From Candidatus Latescibacterota bacterium (lineage in GTDB: Bacteria; Latescibacterota; UBA2968): DNA of 64,000 bases. Where the stretch lies: NCBI GenBank assembly GCA_965222605.1, contig OZ244960.1:4288001-4352000 (forward strand). Direction: 5' to 3'. Below, one piece after another: positions 19,289-29,500 of the stretch (position 1 is the first letter of the stretch; every line of letters begins with the position of its first letter). The translations under genes were made by a program, and so were the position numbers. The notes beneath the pieces were generated by a model. The model ran no database searches. It was not told the DNA's origin and worked only from the letters and a program-made list of their open reading frames with translations.

Positions 19289-19626
19289 AAAAAGAACTGT
19301 TTGATGATTTACTCCAAAGTGTGCGTGAGGGAGGTGCTATTATGCGCGGTGAGATGGCACCGAGTCGCGTATTTGATTTTACGCCTTTGGATGTCAAAGC
19401 CATTCGCGAAAAGCTCAATAAGTCTCAACATGAATTTGCACTCATGATCGGTGTGAGTACGTCAACGCTACAAGATTGGGAAAAAGAGTGTTGCATTCCC
19501 CAGAGGGTTGCCCGTGCAGTATTAAAAATTGTGGAAAAGAATCCTCAAGAGTTTGCCGAGGTATTAGAGGTGTGCAAAAAATCTCTTGTAGGGAAGCCAC
19601 AGATTTCGTCCCGTCAACAGGATTAA
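19285..19626 (+). CDS. Type II TA antitoxin, HigA-like XRE HTH
   Basis: LFDDLLQSVRE, SQHEFALMIGVSTSTLQDWE helix-turn-helix; ATGA overlap with the toxin. Confidence 0.88.
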   Translation: MKKELFDDLLQSVREGGAIMRGEMAPSRVFDFTPLDVKAIREKLNKSQHEFALMIGVSTSTLQDWEKECCIPQRVARAVLKIVEKNPQEFAEVLEVCKKSLVGKPQISSRQQD

Positions 19627-19661
19627 GTTCATCCTGAGCTATGACAAGCGAATCTTAAAAC

Positions 19662-19697
19662 AAAAAGCGGAGCATTGACAAGTGCTTCGCTTTTTTT
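19662..19697 (+). terminator. Probable terminator after the TA pair
   Basis: AAAAAGCGGAGCA...TGCTTCGCTTTTTTT hairpin. Confidence 0.6.
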
Positions 19698-19708
19698 AGG
19701 CTTGCAAT

Positions 19709-21886
19709 ATGAAACGCGATGCAAAAAAAATTATAATACGAGGTGTAAAGGGAGAGGTGTGCATTCAGCGGATGGCGCATGGGTTTCCGCATATTACGGC
19801 GCAGGATGAGGGGGATCGGTATTACGGTTTGGGTTATGCACATGGCCGGGACCGACAGATGCACATGTGGTTGCTCAAGCTCATCGGGCGTGGGAATGCG
19901 TCGGAATATCTGAAAGCGGATGAGAATTTGATTGAGGTAGATCGGTTTATGCGCTGGCTCAATATAGCTGGTGATGCGGATCGGGAAGCGCGGCATTTGT
20001 CACCTGAAGTGCAAGCGGTTCTGGATGCGTATTGCCAGGGGGTGAACCAGGCGGTTCGCGCAACGGGAACGCCTTTTGAATTTAAGATGATGGGATATCG
20101 ACCGGATGATTGGACGCCGGCAGATGCCTTGCTGATGGTTAAGCTGATCGGTTTTGTGGGGCTTTCCCAAATGCAGGGCGATATGGAAAAGTTGATTGTT
20201 CAGTTGATTCAAAAGGGCGTGGATACCGAGCGGTTAAAGGAGCTTTTTCCTGCGATTCGGGATGATATATCAGAAGAGTACATCGATCTAATAAAGAAGG
20301 TGCAGATAGTGCGTCCGATGATTCCGGGATCTGTGGTATGGCGCGATTTGTTGCCCAATTTTTCTGCGAGCAATAACTGGGCTGTTCGTCCGTCAAAGAC
20401 GGCATCTGGATGGGCGATGTTGTGCGGGGATCCACATCTGCAATTGCAATTGCCTTCGGTGTGGTATCTGGCGGTTCTGTCCGGGGGGCAGGACTATTTG
20501 ATGGGTGCGACTCTGCCGGGATTGCCCTTTGTGGCAATGGGACGGTCACCCCACTTGTCGTGGGCAGCGACCTATGGTACTGCCGATGTGTGTGATTATT
20601 TTGTCGAGGAAGTGAAAGATGGAAAGTACAGATGCGGGGATAAATGGATGCCTCTGCGTGTGCGAGAAGAGGTTATCCGACTCAAAAAGGGGGATCCAAT
20701 AAGGTTGCGCGTTTGCGAGACAGAACGCGGTTTGTTGGAAGGGGAGGTCAATGAGGATGGGTATTACCTGTGTTACGCGTGGACGGGCAAGCAGCAAAAA
20801 GGGACGGGTGCGGATTCGCTGGATTGTGTTTTGCGAATTACAAAGGCGGAGGGCGTCGAAGAGGCACGGGATTATTTTGCGGGGTTGACGTTTGCTCCGT
20901 TTAATTGGGTGTTTGCAGATCGGGCGGGAAATATTGGCTATCAACTCGGCGGGCTGGTGCCCAAACAACCCGAAGGTTCATCGGGTTTGCTTCCGTATTT
21001 GGGTTGGGATGAGAAACAGAATTGGGGCGGGATGGTCGATCCGATATTGTATCCGCGCGCGGTCAATCCTGATTTTATTGTGACGGCAAATCAGGATCTC
21101 AATTTTATGGGGCAGTTCGCGCCAATGAAATTGTCTATCTCGTCTTATCGCGCGGATCGAATCTGTGAGATATTGCGGGAAAAGGATGATTTAACAGTAG
21201 AAGATATGAAGCGGATTCACTACGATCTTTACGCGCTTCAGGCCAGGGATTTTATGGCGATTATACGTCCGTTATTACCCGAATCGGAGAACGGGGGTAT
21301 ATTGGGGGAATGGGATTTGTGTTATGATGCGGATTCTCTGGGTGCGACGCTTTTTGAGCGCGTTTATCGCGAGCTCGTTTTTCTCGTTTTTGGGGATAAT
21401 GGCCTGGGGCGCGAGATGATGGTGCATTTGCTGGATGGAACGACGCTGTTCAGTGTTCTGCACGGCTATTTTGATCGCATTCTTTTGAGCGAGGCATCAA
21501 TCTGGTTTGGAGACCAGCCGCGCGAAGCCCTGTATCAAATGGCGATTGAACGCGGGTTAAAAGAAAAAGCCGTGCCGCACGGTGAAGCGAGTAAAGTTTA
21601 TATTGAGCATATTTTTTTTAAGGGGAAGTTGCCGCGGTTTTTGGGATTTGATTATTCGTTTGCAAATATTGGCAGCCGGTCAACGGTTTCTCAGGCCGGC
21701 TTGTTCAAAGGCGGCGCGCTTGCGCCAACTTTTCGAATGATTTGCGATTTTGGGGAGGATGTGCTACACGCGAATGTTGCAGGGGGTGCTTCAGATCGAC
21801 GTTTTTCCAAATTCTATACGTCGGGGTTGGATGCGTGGGGAAGGGGGGATTACGAGGTTTTAGACCCGTTGGGGAATGACTGCTAA
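19709..21886 (+). CDS. Penicillin acylase family Ntn-hydrolase
   Basis: GFPHI, GYAHGRDR, nucleophile motif SNNWAV, DPHL, TANQ. Confidence 0.92.
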   Translation: MKRDAKKIIIRGVKGEVCIQRMAHGFPHITAQDEGDRYYGLGYAHGRDRQMHMWLLKLIGRGNASEYLKADENLIEVDRFMRWLNIAGDADREARHLSPEVQAVLDAYCQGVNQAVRATGTPFEFKMMGYRPDDWTPADALLMVKLIGFVGLSQMQGDMEKLIVQLIQKGVDTERLKELFPAIRDDISEEYIDLIKKVQIVRPMIPGSVVWRDLLPNFSASNNWAVRPSKTASGWAMLCGDPHLQLQLPSVWYLAVLSGGQDYLMGATLPGLPFVAMGRSPHLSWAATYGTADVCDYFVEEVKDGKYRCGDKWMPLRVREEVIRLKKGDPIRLRVCETERGLLEGEVNEDGYYLCYAWTGKQQKGTGADSLDCVLRITKAEGVEEARDYFAGLTFAPFNWVFADRAGNIGYQLGGLVPKQPEGSSGLLPYLGWDEKQNWGGMVDPILYPRAVNPDFIVTANQDLNFMGQFAPMKLSISSYRADRICEILREKDDLTVEDMKRIHYDLYALQARDFMAIIRPLLPESENGGILGEWDLCYDADSLGATLFERVYRELVFLVFGDNGLGREMMVHLLDGTTLFSVLHGYFDRILLSEASIWFGDQPREALYQMAIERGLKEKAVPHGEASKVYIEHIFFKGKLPRFLGFDYSFANIGSRSTVSQAGLFKGGALAPTFRMICDFGEDVLHANVAGGASDRRFSKFYTSGLDAWGRGDYEVLDPLGNDC

Positions 21887-23256
21887 AAGCTGGTCGCTCT
21901 GCCAATGCCTTTGAGTTTTTGATTTTTTTTGGCGCGCTGGTCAATTTTTTCAGGGGCGACGATGTTGTGGAGGTCGGCGCGAAGGTCGGAGAGGATGTCG
22001 GCACAGGTGGGGTTGTCGGCGCGATTCTCAATTTCGTCGGGGTCGTTAGCGACGTTGAATAATTGATCGGGAAGGCCGACGTAGTGGATGTATTTCCAGT
22101 CGCCTTTTTTGATCATAAAGCCGCCAGTTAGAGCACCGAGGGCGTGGTATTCGCTAAAGATGGGGCGGTCGGGGAAGGCGTGACCGCTGATGGCGGGTAG
22201 AAGGCTGCTACCGGGCAGTGGCGCGGGGTCCTGTTCGGCGAGGTCGAGAAGGGTGGGGAGGATGTCGATGAGGTTGGCTCCTGCGGCGATGCGCTGGTTG
22301 CCCGCGGCATTCGGGTGGCGAATGATCATGGGGACGCGAACGGCGCGTTCGTAGAAGCATTGTTTTTGCCATATACCGTGGTGCCCGCCCATTTCGCCGT
22401 GGTCGCTGACGTAGATGACAACGGTGTTGTCGCGCAGGGATGAGTTATCGACAATATCGAGCAGGCGACCAATGAGGTAATCGGTGAAAGAGATGAGGCC
22501 GTAGTAAGCAGCGGTTGCAGTGGTGGAGATGGCGTCGTCTAAGGGTTCTTCATTGCGCAGCCAGTAGCGGAGTTGCTGTATAGAGGGGTGTTGGGTGTCG
22601 CAGGGTTCGGTTCTCGTGTGTGGCAAGATGACGCGGTCGGGATAGTAACGGTCGAAGTATTCCCGCGGGCACAGGAGGGGGAAGTGGGGGTTTATGAAGC
22701 CGGTGTAGAGGAGAAAGGGACGGTCGGCGTGCGCGCGGGATTTGAGGAAGCGTTCGGAGAGGTCGGCGGCTGTGTGGTCGTAGTCGTTTTGCCAGTTTTC
22801 GTCGGAGCCGCATTCGGTGACGTGGCTGTTGCTGGCGCGCCGGGCGTCGGGTGTGCGCGAGGGGGCACTCATATTCCAGTGTTTCCATTTTTCGGCGTCG
22901 TCCATGAGTCGCTTGCCAAAGCCGTGCAGGCGTTCGGGACCTATGAAATGGGAGCGACCGCAAATTGCGGTTTCATAGCCGGCGGCTTCGAGGTAGCTGC
23001 CCATTGTGGGGATTGAACTCGCGAGGGGCGAGCCGTTGTCCCAGGTGCCGATCTGGTGGACGTATTGCCCGGTCATAAAGGACATGCGCGCCGGTACGCA
23101 TATCGGGCAGGCGGTATAGGCATTGTCAAAGGTGGTGCCTTCGGATGCGAGGCGATTCAGGTGTGGTGTTTCGATATAAGGATGGCCGTAACAGCCGGTG
23201 ACTGCGGGGTCGTGTTCATCGCTCATGATGAGCAAGATGTTGGGACGCTGGCTCAT
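21883..23256 (-). CDS. Sulfatase (choline-sulfatase-like)
   Basis: PNILLIMSDEH, CVPAR signature, SDHGEM, DPDE. Confidence 0.93.
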   Translation of the reverse strand: MSQRPNILLIMSDEHDPAVTGCYGHPYIETPHLNRLASEGTTFDNAYTACPICVPARMSFMTGQYVHQIGTWDNGSPLASSIPTMGSYLEAAGYETAICGRSHFIGPERLHGFGKRLMDDAEKWKHWNMSAPSRTPDARRASNSHVTECGSDENWQNDYDHTAADLSERFLKSRAHADRPFLLYTGFINPHFPLLCPREYFDRYYPDRVILPHTRTEPCDTQHPSIQQLRYWLRNEEPLDDAISTTATAAYYGLISFTDYLIGRLLDIVDNSSLRDNTVVIYVSDHGEMGGHHGIWQKQCFYERAVRVPMIIRHPNAAGNQRIAAGANLIDILPTLLDLAEQDPAPLPGSSLLPAISGHAFPDRPIFSEYHALGALTGGFMIKKGDWKYIHYVGLPDQLFNVANDPDEIENRADNPTCADILSDLRADLHNIVAPEKIDQRAKKNQKLKGIGRATSF

Positions 23257-23272
23257 GCTAATATCTCCTGAT
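23245..23272. repeat. 28-bp direct repeat, copy 1 (flanks the DUF1445 gene)
   Basis: ACGCTGGCTCATGCTAATATCTCCTGAT, 25/28 identical to 24064-24091. Confidence 0.85.
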
Positions 23273-23277
23273 CCGGG

Positions 23278-24045
23278 TCAGGCCTGGTACAGATTCTCTG
23301 TTGGGATGTCGGTGATCATTGCGTGGCCAGGGGTGTAGGATATCATGAACGGGAGCTTGGCCTGCTCGGCGACAATGCGGGGTGTGATGCCGCAAGCCCA
23401 ATACAAGCGGTCCGTTCCTTCGGGTACATCAAACGGGTGACCGTTCATGTTGACGTTCAGCTCTTCGATGCCAAGTTCGTCCGCATTGTTTCTTCCGATT
23501 GGGGCGCCGTGACACCCGGGGAAGTGGCTGGTGAATTCCCATACATCGTCGATCACGGCCGGATCGAATGAGCGGATGGTGACGGCCATGTTGCCTGAGA
23601 AGGGTCCGACTGTTTCGCACGGGAGCGACGTGAGTTGGATGGTCGGTCCGAATGCGGCGGGGTAGCCTTTCTCGGTCAAGAGGCCGTCGAAGGAGACGCT
23701 CGATCCGATCAGGAAGGTAACGGTTCGGTCGTCGAACAAGTCCACGATGTCCTGTCGGAGTTCGGTGACTTCGCCATCGCGTACGATGTCGTATGAACCC
23801 AGGTCGGTTCGGATGTCGAGGGCGCGTGCATACTCGGGGCAGTCTGTTTGGCCGGGTTCCATTTTAGCGATCAGCGGGCAGGGTTTCGGGTTGGCGCGAC
23901 AGAATGCCTCGAAATCGTCGGCGTAGTCTATGTCCAGAAAGGCGACGTTGACGCACAGGTAGCCGGGAAGGGCTTGGGATGCGAAGCCTTCGAGTTCGTT
24001 GGCCCTACAAGCGATTCTGACGTCTAACGGTGTTTTGAATTTCAT
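23278..24045 (-). CDS. DUF1445 / D-glutamate cyclase-like putative hydro-lyase
   Basis: FCRANPKPCPL, DIRTD, HGAPI, WACGITP, PGHAMITD; GGAG before ATG 24045. Confidence 0.85.
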   Translation of the reverse strand: MKFKTPLDVRIACRANELEGFASQALPGYLCVNVAFLDIDYADDFEAFCRANPKPCPLIAKMEPGQTDCPEYARALDIRTDLGSYDIVRDGEVTELRQDIVDLFDDRTVTFLIGSSVSFDGLLTEKGYPAAFGPTIQLTSLPCETVGPFSGNMAVTIRSFDPAVIDDVWEFTSHFPGCHGAPIGRNNADELGIEELNVNMNGHPFDVPEGTDRLYWACGITPRIVAEQAKLPFMISYTPGHAMITDIPTENLYQA

Positions 24046-24063
24046 GTTGCGCTCTCCATTGAA

Positions 24064-24091
24064 ACGCTGACTCGTGCTAATATCTCCCGAT
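24064..24091. repeat. 28-bp direct repeat, copy 2
   Basis: ACGCTGACTCGTGCTAATATCTCCCGAT; overlaps the stop of the upstream sulfatase. Confidence 0.85.
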
Positions 24092-25507
24092 GCGCTGGGG
24101 ACCGGGATCAGCGCATATAACGGTGTGGTCAAAATTTTGTTTGATGAGTTGGTATTTCAGATCTGTGTGGGATGGGTCTTCCCAGAGGTTGTGAAATTCA
24201 TCGGGGTCTTCTCGAAGATCGTAGAGTTCGCCATAGTCTTCGTTGTGGTAAACGACGAGTTTGTAGTGGTCGTTGCGCAACATGGTTGCCCAACAGGGTT
24301 TGTGTTTTTCCGAGGTATTAGGGGCGAATTTATCGACGACATCGTAGTATTCACAGCGCACAAAGTCGTGGTGCGCGTGCCCGGGGTGTTCGCCCGTGAG
24401 AATGGGGATGAGAGATTTGCCGTGTGTCCATTCGAGAGAGATGCGGGCGAGGTCGGCGAGGGTGGGTGCAATGTCTAAGAGCGCGGTGAGGCCGTCTGCG
24501 CGGTGACCCTGCAGAAAAGTGCCGGGCCACGAGATAATGAGGGGAACCCGCACGAGGGCTTCGTAGAAGCGGCAACTTTTGCCGGTGAGGCCGTGATCGC
24601 CGAGCATTTCACCGTGGTCGCTCGTGAAGATGACGACGGTGTTTTCGCGCTGACCCGTGCGCTCAAGTGCATCGAGCATGCGACCGACGTTTTCGTCAAT
24701 GAGGGCGATCATGCCGTAGTAAGACGCTTTGTTGTGCTGTTCGCGGTCGCCGGGTGGGTTGCCTCCTTGCCCTGCAAAAAAGCGTTTGAGTCGCGAATGG
24801 ATTTGCAGGTCGCTTTCACAAAAAAGCGGTGGTGGCAGGTCGGCGGGATTGTATTTGTGCGTGTCGGGTGCGTCAAAAGGTCCGTGCGGGTCAAAGGGAT
24901 TGACGCTCATGAGCCAGGGGCTGTCGTGAGGGGATTCGATAAATTCAATGGCGCGGTCCGCACACCAGGTGGTCTGGTGATATTGGGGATTCATGTCGGG
25001 ACGGTAGTTGCCATATGTGCCGTCTTTTTTTGTTTGGAAGACATCGCCGAGGTCTATGCCCTGTTCGGTGAGCCAGTCGGTGTACTGGTTGCCTCTTCCG
25101 ATGCCTTGATTGTGTGAGTGGCTATACCAGAATTTGCGATACCCATCGTCAACGCGTTGTTCTTCGCCGTTCCAGGCAGAGGCGAGGTGGAGTTTGCCCG
25201 ATAAGCCGCAATCGTATCCGGCATCTGCGAGGCGTTTGGTGATGAGTTGTACGCGTTCATTTGCCGGGAAATAGGCATTGCCATTGCGATTGCCGTGTAC
25301 GGTACTGGAATAAAGCCCGGTGAGAAAGCTGGAACGACTGGGCGTGCATATCGCGCTTTGGCAGTGAGCGTGTGTAAATGCTACGCCCTCGGCGCAGAGG
25401 CGGTTGAGGTTGGGCGTTTGGATGTGTTCATTGCCGAGGGCGTGAATGGTGTCGTAGCGTTGTTGATCGGTGCAGATCCAGAGGATGTTGGGGCGTTTTG
25501 ATGCCAA
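24077..25507 (-). CDS. Sulfatase
   Basis: PNILWICTDQQR, CTPSR signature, GKLH, SDHGEMLGDHG. Confidence 0.93.
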   Translation of the reverse strand: MASKRPNILWICTDQQRYDTIHALGNEHIQTPNLNRLCAEGVAFTHAHCQSAICTPSRSSFLTGLYSSTVHGNRNGNAYFPANERVQLITKRLADAGYDCGLSGKLHLASAWNGEEQRVDDGYRKFWYSHSHNQGIGRGNQYTDWLTEQGIDLGDVFQTKKDGTYGNYRPDMNPQYHQTTWCADRAIEFIESPHDSPWLMSVNPFDPHGPFDAPDTHKYNPADLPPPLFCESDLQIHSRLKRFFAGQGGNPPGDREQHNKASYYGMIALIDENVGRMLDALERTGQRENTVVIFTSDHGEMLGDHGLTGKSCRFYEALVRVPLIISWPGTFLQGHRADGLTALLDIAPTLADLARISLEWTHGKSLIPILTGEHPGHAHHDFVRCEYYDVVDKFAPNTSEKHKPCWATMLRNDHYKLVVYHNEDYGELYDLREDPDEFHNLWEDPSHTDLKYQLIKQNFDHTVICADPGPQRIGRY

Positions 25508-25533
25508 GGTGTGATCTCAAGGTTAGACACAGA

Positions 25534-26370
25534 TTACGCGCTTTCGTGTTCTGCCCGCATTGCGTTAAAGAAACGCACATCAATGCGCGCCAGATCAATT
25601 ACGGTTTCTATCGGTTCACCGCTGTATTCGCTGTGGAAACTCACGGGGCCTTCAAAGTCCAATCCATCCAGTGTTTTTACCACCGCGGGCCAATCGCCAA
25701 ATCCCTGCCCCAGGCGCATTGTTCCACCCGCGGGCGCGCCCTGTACGGTTCGTCCCAGAGGTCGCTGGCGAATTAAGTCTTTAAATGCCAGGACTGAGAG
25801 ATACTCGCTCACAATATCCAGTGCCATTTCAATTGGCTCGCCACATATTGACAGGTGCCCCGGGTCGGAAAATACGCCGATGTGCTCGGGGTTGAATCCT
25901 TTGACCACGTTCATGACGGCACACGAATTTAATCCCATCGATTTGCCCGAATGGTTGTGTACCACGGTTTTTACGCCATATTTTTCCGACAATTTCTCAA
26001 AGCCTTCCATCCAGCCACGGATTTCATCCAACTGATCCCAGTAGTGTTTCTGATCCGACCAGTGCCAGTAGCCCAATTTCACATGCGCCACACCGGCTTC
26101 GCCCAACGCGCCGTAATAACGCTCGACGTAATCGATATCCGGGCGACTGAAATCGCCGGGAGCTGTTACCAGCGGAATACACAGCCCCGCTGCTTCAAAC
26201 TGTTTGGCGGCTTCGGGTAGTGCTTTGTCGATATTATCTGGATTTACAGGATATCCCTCTCGCACACACAAATCCGCGCCTTGCACGCCTACAGATTGAA
26301 GTGACTCAATAATTGTGGGTATGTCCTGACCTTCGAGGTGTTTTGTGAACATGATGTACGTGAGCTTCAT
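25534..26370 (-). CDS. Sugar phosphate isomerase/epimerase (xylose isomerase-like TIM barrel)
   Basis: HNHSG, DPGH, FKD, SFHSEY motifs; GAAAGGA before ATG 26370. Confidence 0.85.
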   Translation of the reverse strand: MKLTYIMFTKHLEGQDIPTIIESLQSVGVQGADLCVREGYPVNPDNIDKALPEAAKQFEAAGLCIPLVTAPGDFSRPDIDYVERYYGALGEAGVAHVKLGYWHWSDQKHYWDQLDEIRGWMEGFEKLSEKYGVKTVVHNHSGKSMGLNSCAVMNVVKGFNPEHIGVFSDPGHLSICGEPIEMALDIVSEYLSVLAFKDLIRQRPLGRTVQGAPAGGTMRLGQGFGDWPAVVKTLDGLDFEGPVSFHSEYSGEPIETVIDLARIDVRFFNAMRAEHESA

Positions 26371-26465
26371 TTTCTTTCCTTTCTCTGGTGTATTGTTCGC
26401 ATTTGTGAGCACTTCAGGATACGCAATTGTGCGTCTAAAATCAATGGTGATGCGAAGCGCAAATC

Positions 26466-26493
26466 TTGACAGGCTGTGAAAAATGTATATGAT
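26466..26493 (+). promoter_or_regulatory. Possible sigma70 promoter for the RND gene
   Basis: TTGACA, 16-bp spacer, TATGAT. Confidence 0.45.
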
Positions 26494-26585
26494 ATAGTCA
26501 AATTGTTGTGAAAAATGACGATGTGGTAGTCAGATGACCAGGTTTTGCATATTTTAGCATCCCGGTGCAAATGTAGGAAAGGACC

Positions 26586-29500
26586 ATGAAACTCAGTCGT
26601 TTTGCCATTTTTAAGCCCATCAGCACGATGATGATCGCACTTAGTCTCGTGGTGATGGGTTTTATTTCCCTGTTCAAGTTGCCGCTTGAATATTTGCCCA
26701 GCGTGACGTTCCCGGTTCTTTTTGTCTCTATCCGGTATCCTTCTTCGTCTCCTGAGGAAATCGAACGGTTTATCACGCGGCCAATTGAAGAGATATTGGG
26801 CACCATGCCCGGTATTGAAAATATGGGTTCCACATCCAATGAGTCTTCTTCGACTATTCGCCTGGAATTTGCAATGGATGTGGATATGGACCTCGTTGGC
26901 ATTCATCTGCGCGACCGCCTCGATCAGGTTCGCGCAGATTTGCCCGAAGACGTGGACTACATTGGTATTAAAAGTTTCGATACCGAAGATATTCCGGCTC
27001 TCGAATATACTGTTTCGTGGCTGGGTGAAGATCCCGAGGATCTCATCGCGGTTTACAACCAGCGTCTGTTGCCGAGATTGCAGCGGCTCGACGGTGTGGC
27101 AAGTGTTGAATTGAGGGGTTTACAGCAGAAAGATCTCCTCGTCGAAGTCGATCAGCGAGCTATGACCGCGCACAAATTGGATTTTCGCACCATCAATCGC
27201 GCGCTTCGCAGAAATAATATCAATATCTCGGCGGGTTATGTCACCGATGGCGACAAGCGCTTCGCTGTGCGAAGTGTGGGCGAGTTTGAGACTATTGACC
27301 AGATTCGCAATCTGCCCATTCGCCCAAATCTGACGCTGTCCGATGTTGCATCGGTTACTTACGATTATCCCCCCGCTCGCCGTTTTGATCGCCTCGATGG
27401 CGTGCCCTCGCTTTATCTTTCTGTACAAAAATCTTCGACTGCAAATATGGTCGATGTTTGCAAGCGCGCCCGCGAAGAACTCGCCCGCATCAACGAGGAG
27501 GTTGGCAAAGATAAACTCCGAATGCTTCTCGTTCGAGACCAGTCAACTGCTGTTATTGCCAGCATAACCAGTCTTAGCCAATCGGCGATTATGGGCGGTC
27601 TTTTAGCAGTTATTGCCATTTTTATTTTTCTTCGCAACTTCCGCAGTACGCTCATTATTGGCTCCGCTATTCCAATTAGCGCGCTCACGGTGTTTCTCAT
27701 AATGTATTTTTTGCGGCAATCTGGTACTGATATCACCTTGAACTTGATTTCGATGATGGGGCTGATGGTCGCGATTGGGATGCTCGTGGATCCCGCTGTT
27801 GTGGCTTTGGAGAATATTTTCCGCAAATGTTTTGATGAAGGTCAGGGTGCCACACAGGCAGCTCTTGAAGGCAGTGAGGAAATTGGTCTCCCGGTTCTGG
27901 CTGCAACGCTTACTACTGTCTGTGTATTTGTTCCGGTCATTTTTGTGACTGATTCGGGCACTTCGCTCTTTATGCGACAATTCTCTGTGACAGTTGTGGT
28001 ATCTGTTATTGCGTCGTTTTGCGTCGCGCTTTCCCTGATCCCGTTGGCCGCATCCCGTGCCTTCAATGAAGGAGGGCAGACGCTTGATCGCATTCTCAAA
28101 AGTATTTTGGTGCTCGCGGCCATTGTCGGGGTTGTTGCGTATATATATTATACGGATTTCAGTAAAGTTGATTACGCGGCTCTGTGGGACAGGATTGCCA
28201 TTACTATCAGTGCGTTGCCTTTGTTTGCCAAAATTGGTTTTCCCGCGGCAATTGCACTGACGATTTTTCTCTACCTCCGTTACCGCGCCATTGGTGCCAA
28301 AGCCTTCTACGCGAGGGTGGTCGCCAATACTCTGCACTACCGCTGGGCAACGCTATCCGCTGCCTGCGTTCTTCTCTTTTTTGGCAATCACATATACAGT
28401 AAAATAGAACAAGAACCCTTCCGTTATCAACCCAGCCGCGCGATCAGGCTGACGGTTGAGATGCCGCGGACGTACGATTTGGAGCAGGCGAGCAAAACGT
28501 TCAAAATAGCTGAAGACATACTCATTCCACTGAAAGAGGAAATCGACATAGAAGCTATTGCGACAAAGTTCAATACGGGTAACCGTCAGGGAAAGAGAAA
28601 TGCTCGTTTGACTATTTATCTCACGCCTGCAGAAGAGAGCAAGTTGACGACAGACGAGGTCCAGCGCAAGATCATAGCGCTTCTTCCGAAGGATATTCCC
28701 GGTGTGCGTTTCAGATCTCGCGGGGGCAAGTCAGGTGGGACTACGGGGGTGGGCGTTGAACTCAAAGGGCGCAGGCAGGAAATTCTGGCGGTCCTGGCCG
28801 AGGATATTGAAGCGAGTATGCAGGGTATGTCTGGCGTTCACGAGGTCGAAACCAGCCTTGAGACGGGTATGGAAGAGATTCGCGTGATTGTAAATCGCGA
28901 ACGGGCGCAGCGGTATGGTATATCGCCGCGCGATATTGCCACTAATATCGCTTCGGCACTCGGGTCGCGAGGAGCTTCCAGGTTCAAAACACCAGAGGGT
29001 GAAATCGATATTACTGTTCAACTCCGCGAAGAAGACCGCGCCACCCTCGAGCAGCTTAAGATAACGGAGTTTGAAAGCGATAAGGGCGGGATGGTCACTT
29101 TTTCAAGTCTGGCGGATTTCAATCTCATACAAGGCCCCAATGCCATTTCCCGTGAAGATCGCATGCCCACGCTGACAGTTTTTGCCAATACAGAGCAAAA
29201 AGCAGTATTCCAGGTGGGGCAGATTATGAAAGCACGCATGGAAAGCGTGCCCCTGCCTAAGGGATATACGTATCAAATGGACCGCCGCTTCAAGTCTATG
29301 AATGCAGAACAGGCGCAAGATTTTGAGACGATGATTTTCGCGCTGATTCTCATTTATATTATCATGGCGTCACTCTTTGAATCCTATGTCCATCCGCTCA
29401 CCATTATGTTCTGCATTTTCTTTGCATTCATCGGCGTGGCACTCGGTCTCTATACTTTTAAGATCGCTATGGATAGCAATGCCAAGTACGGCCTTCTGGT

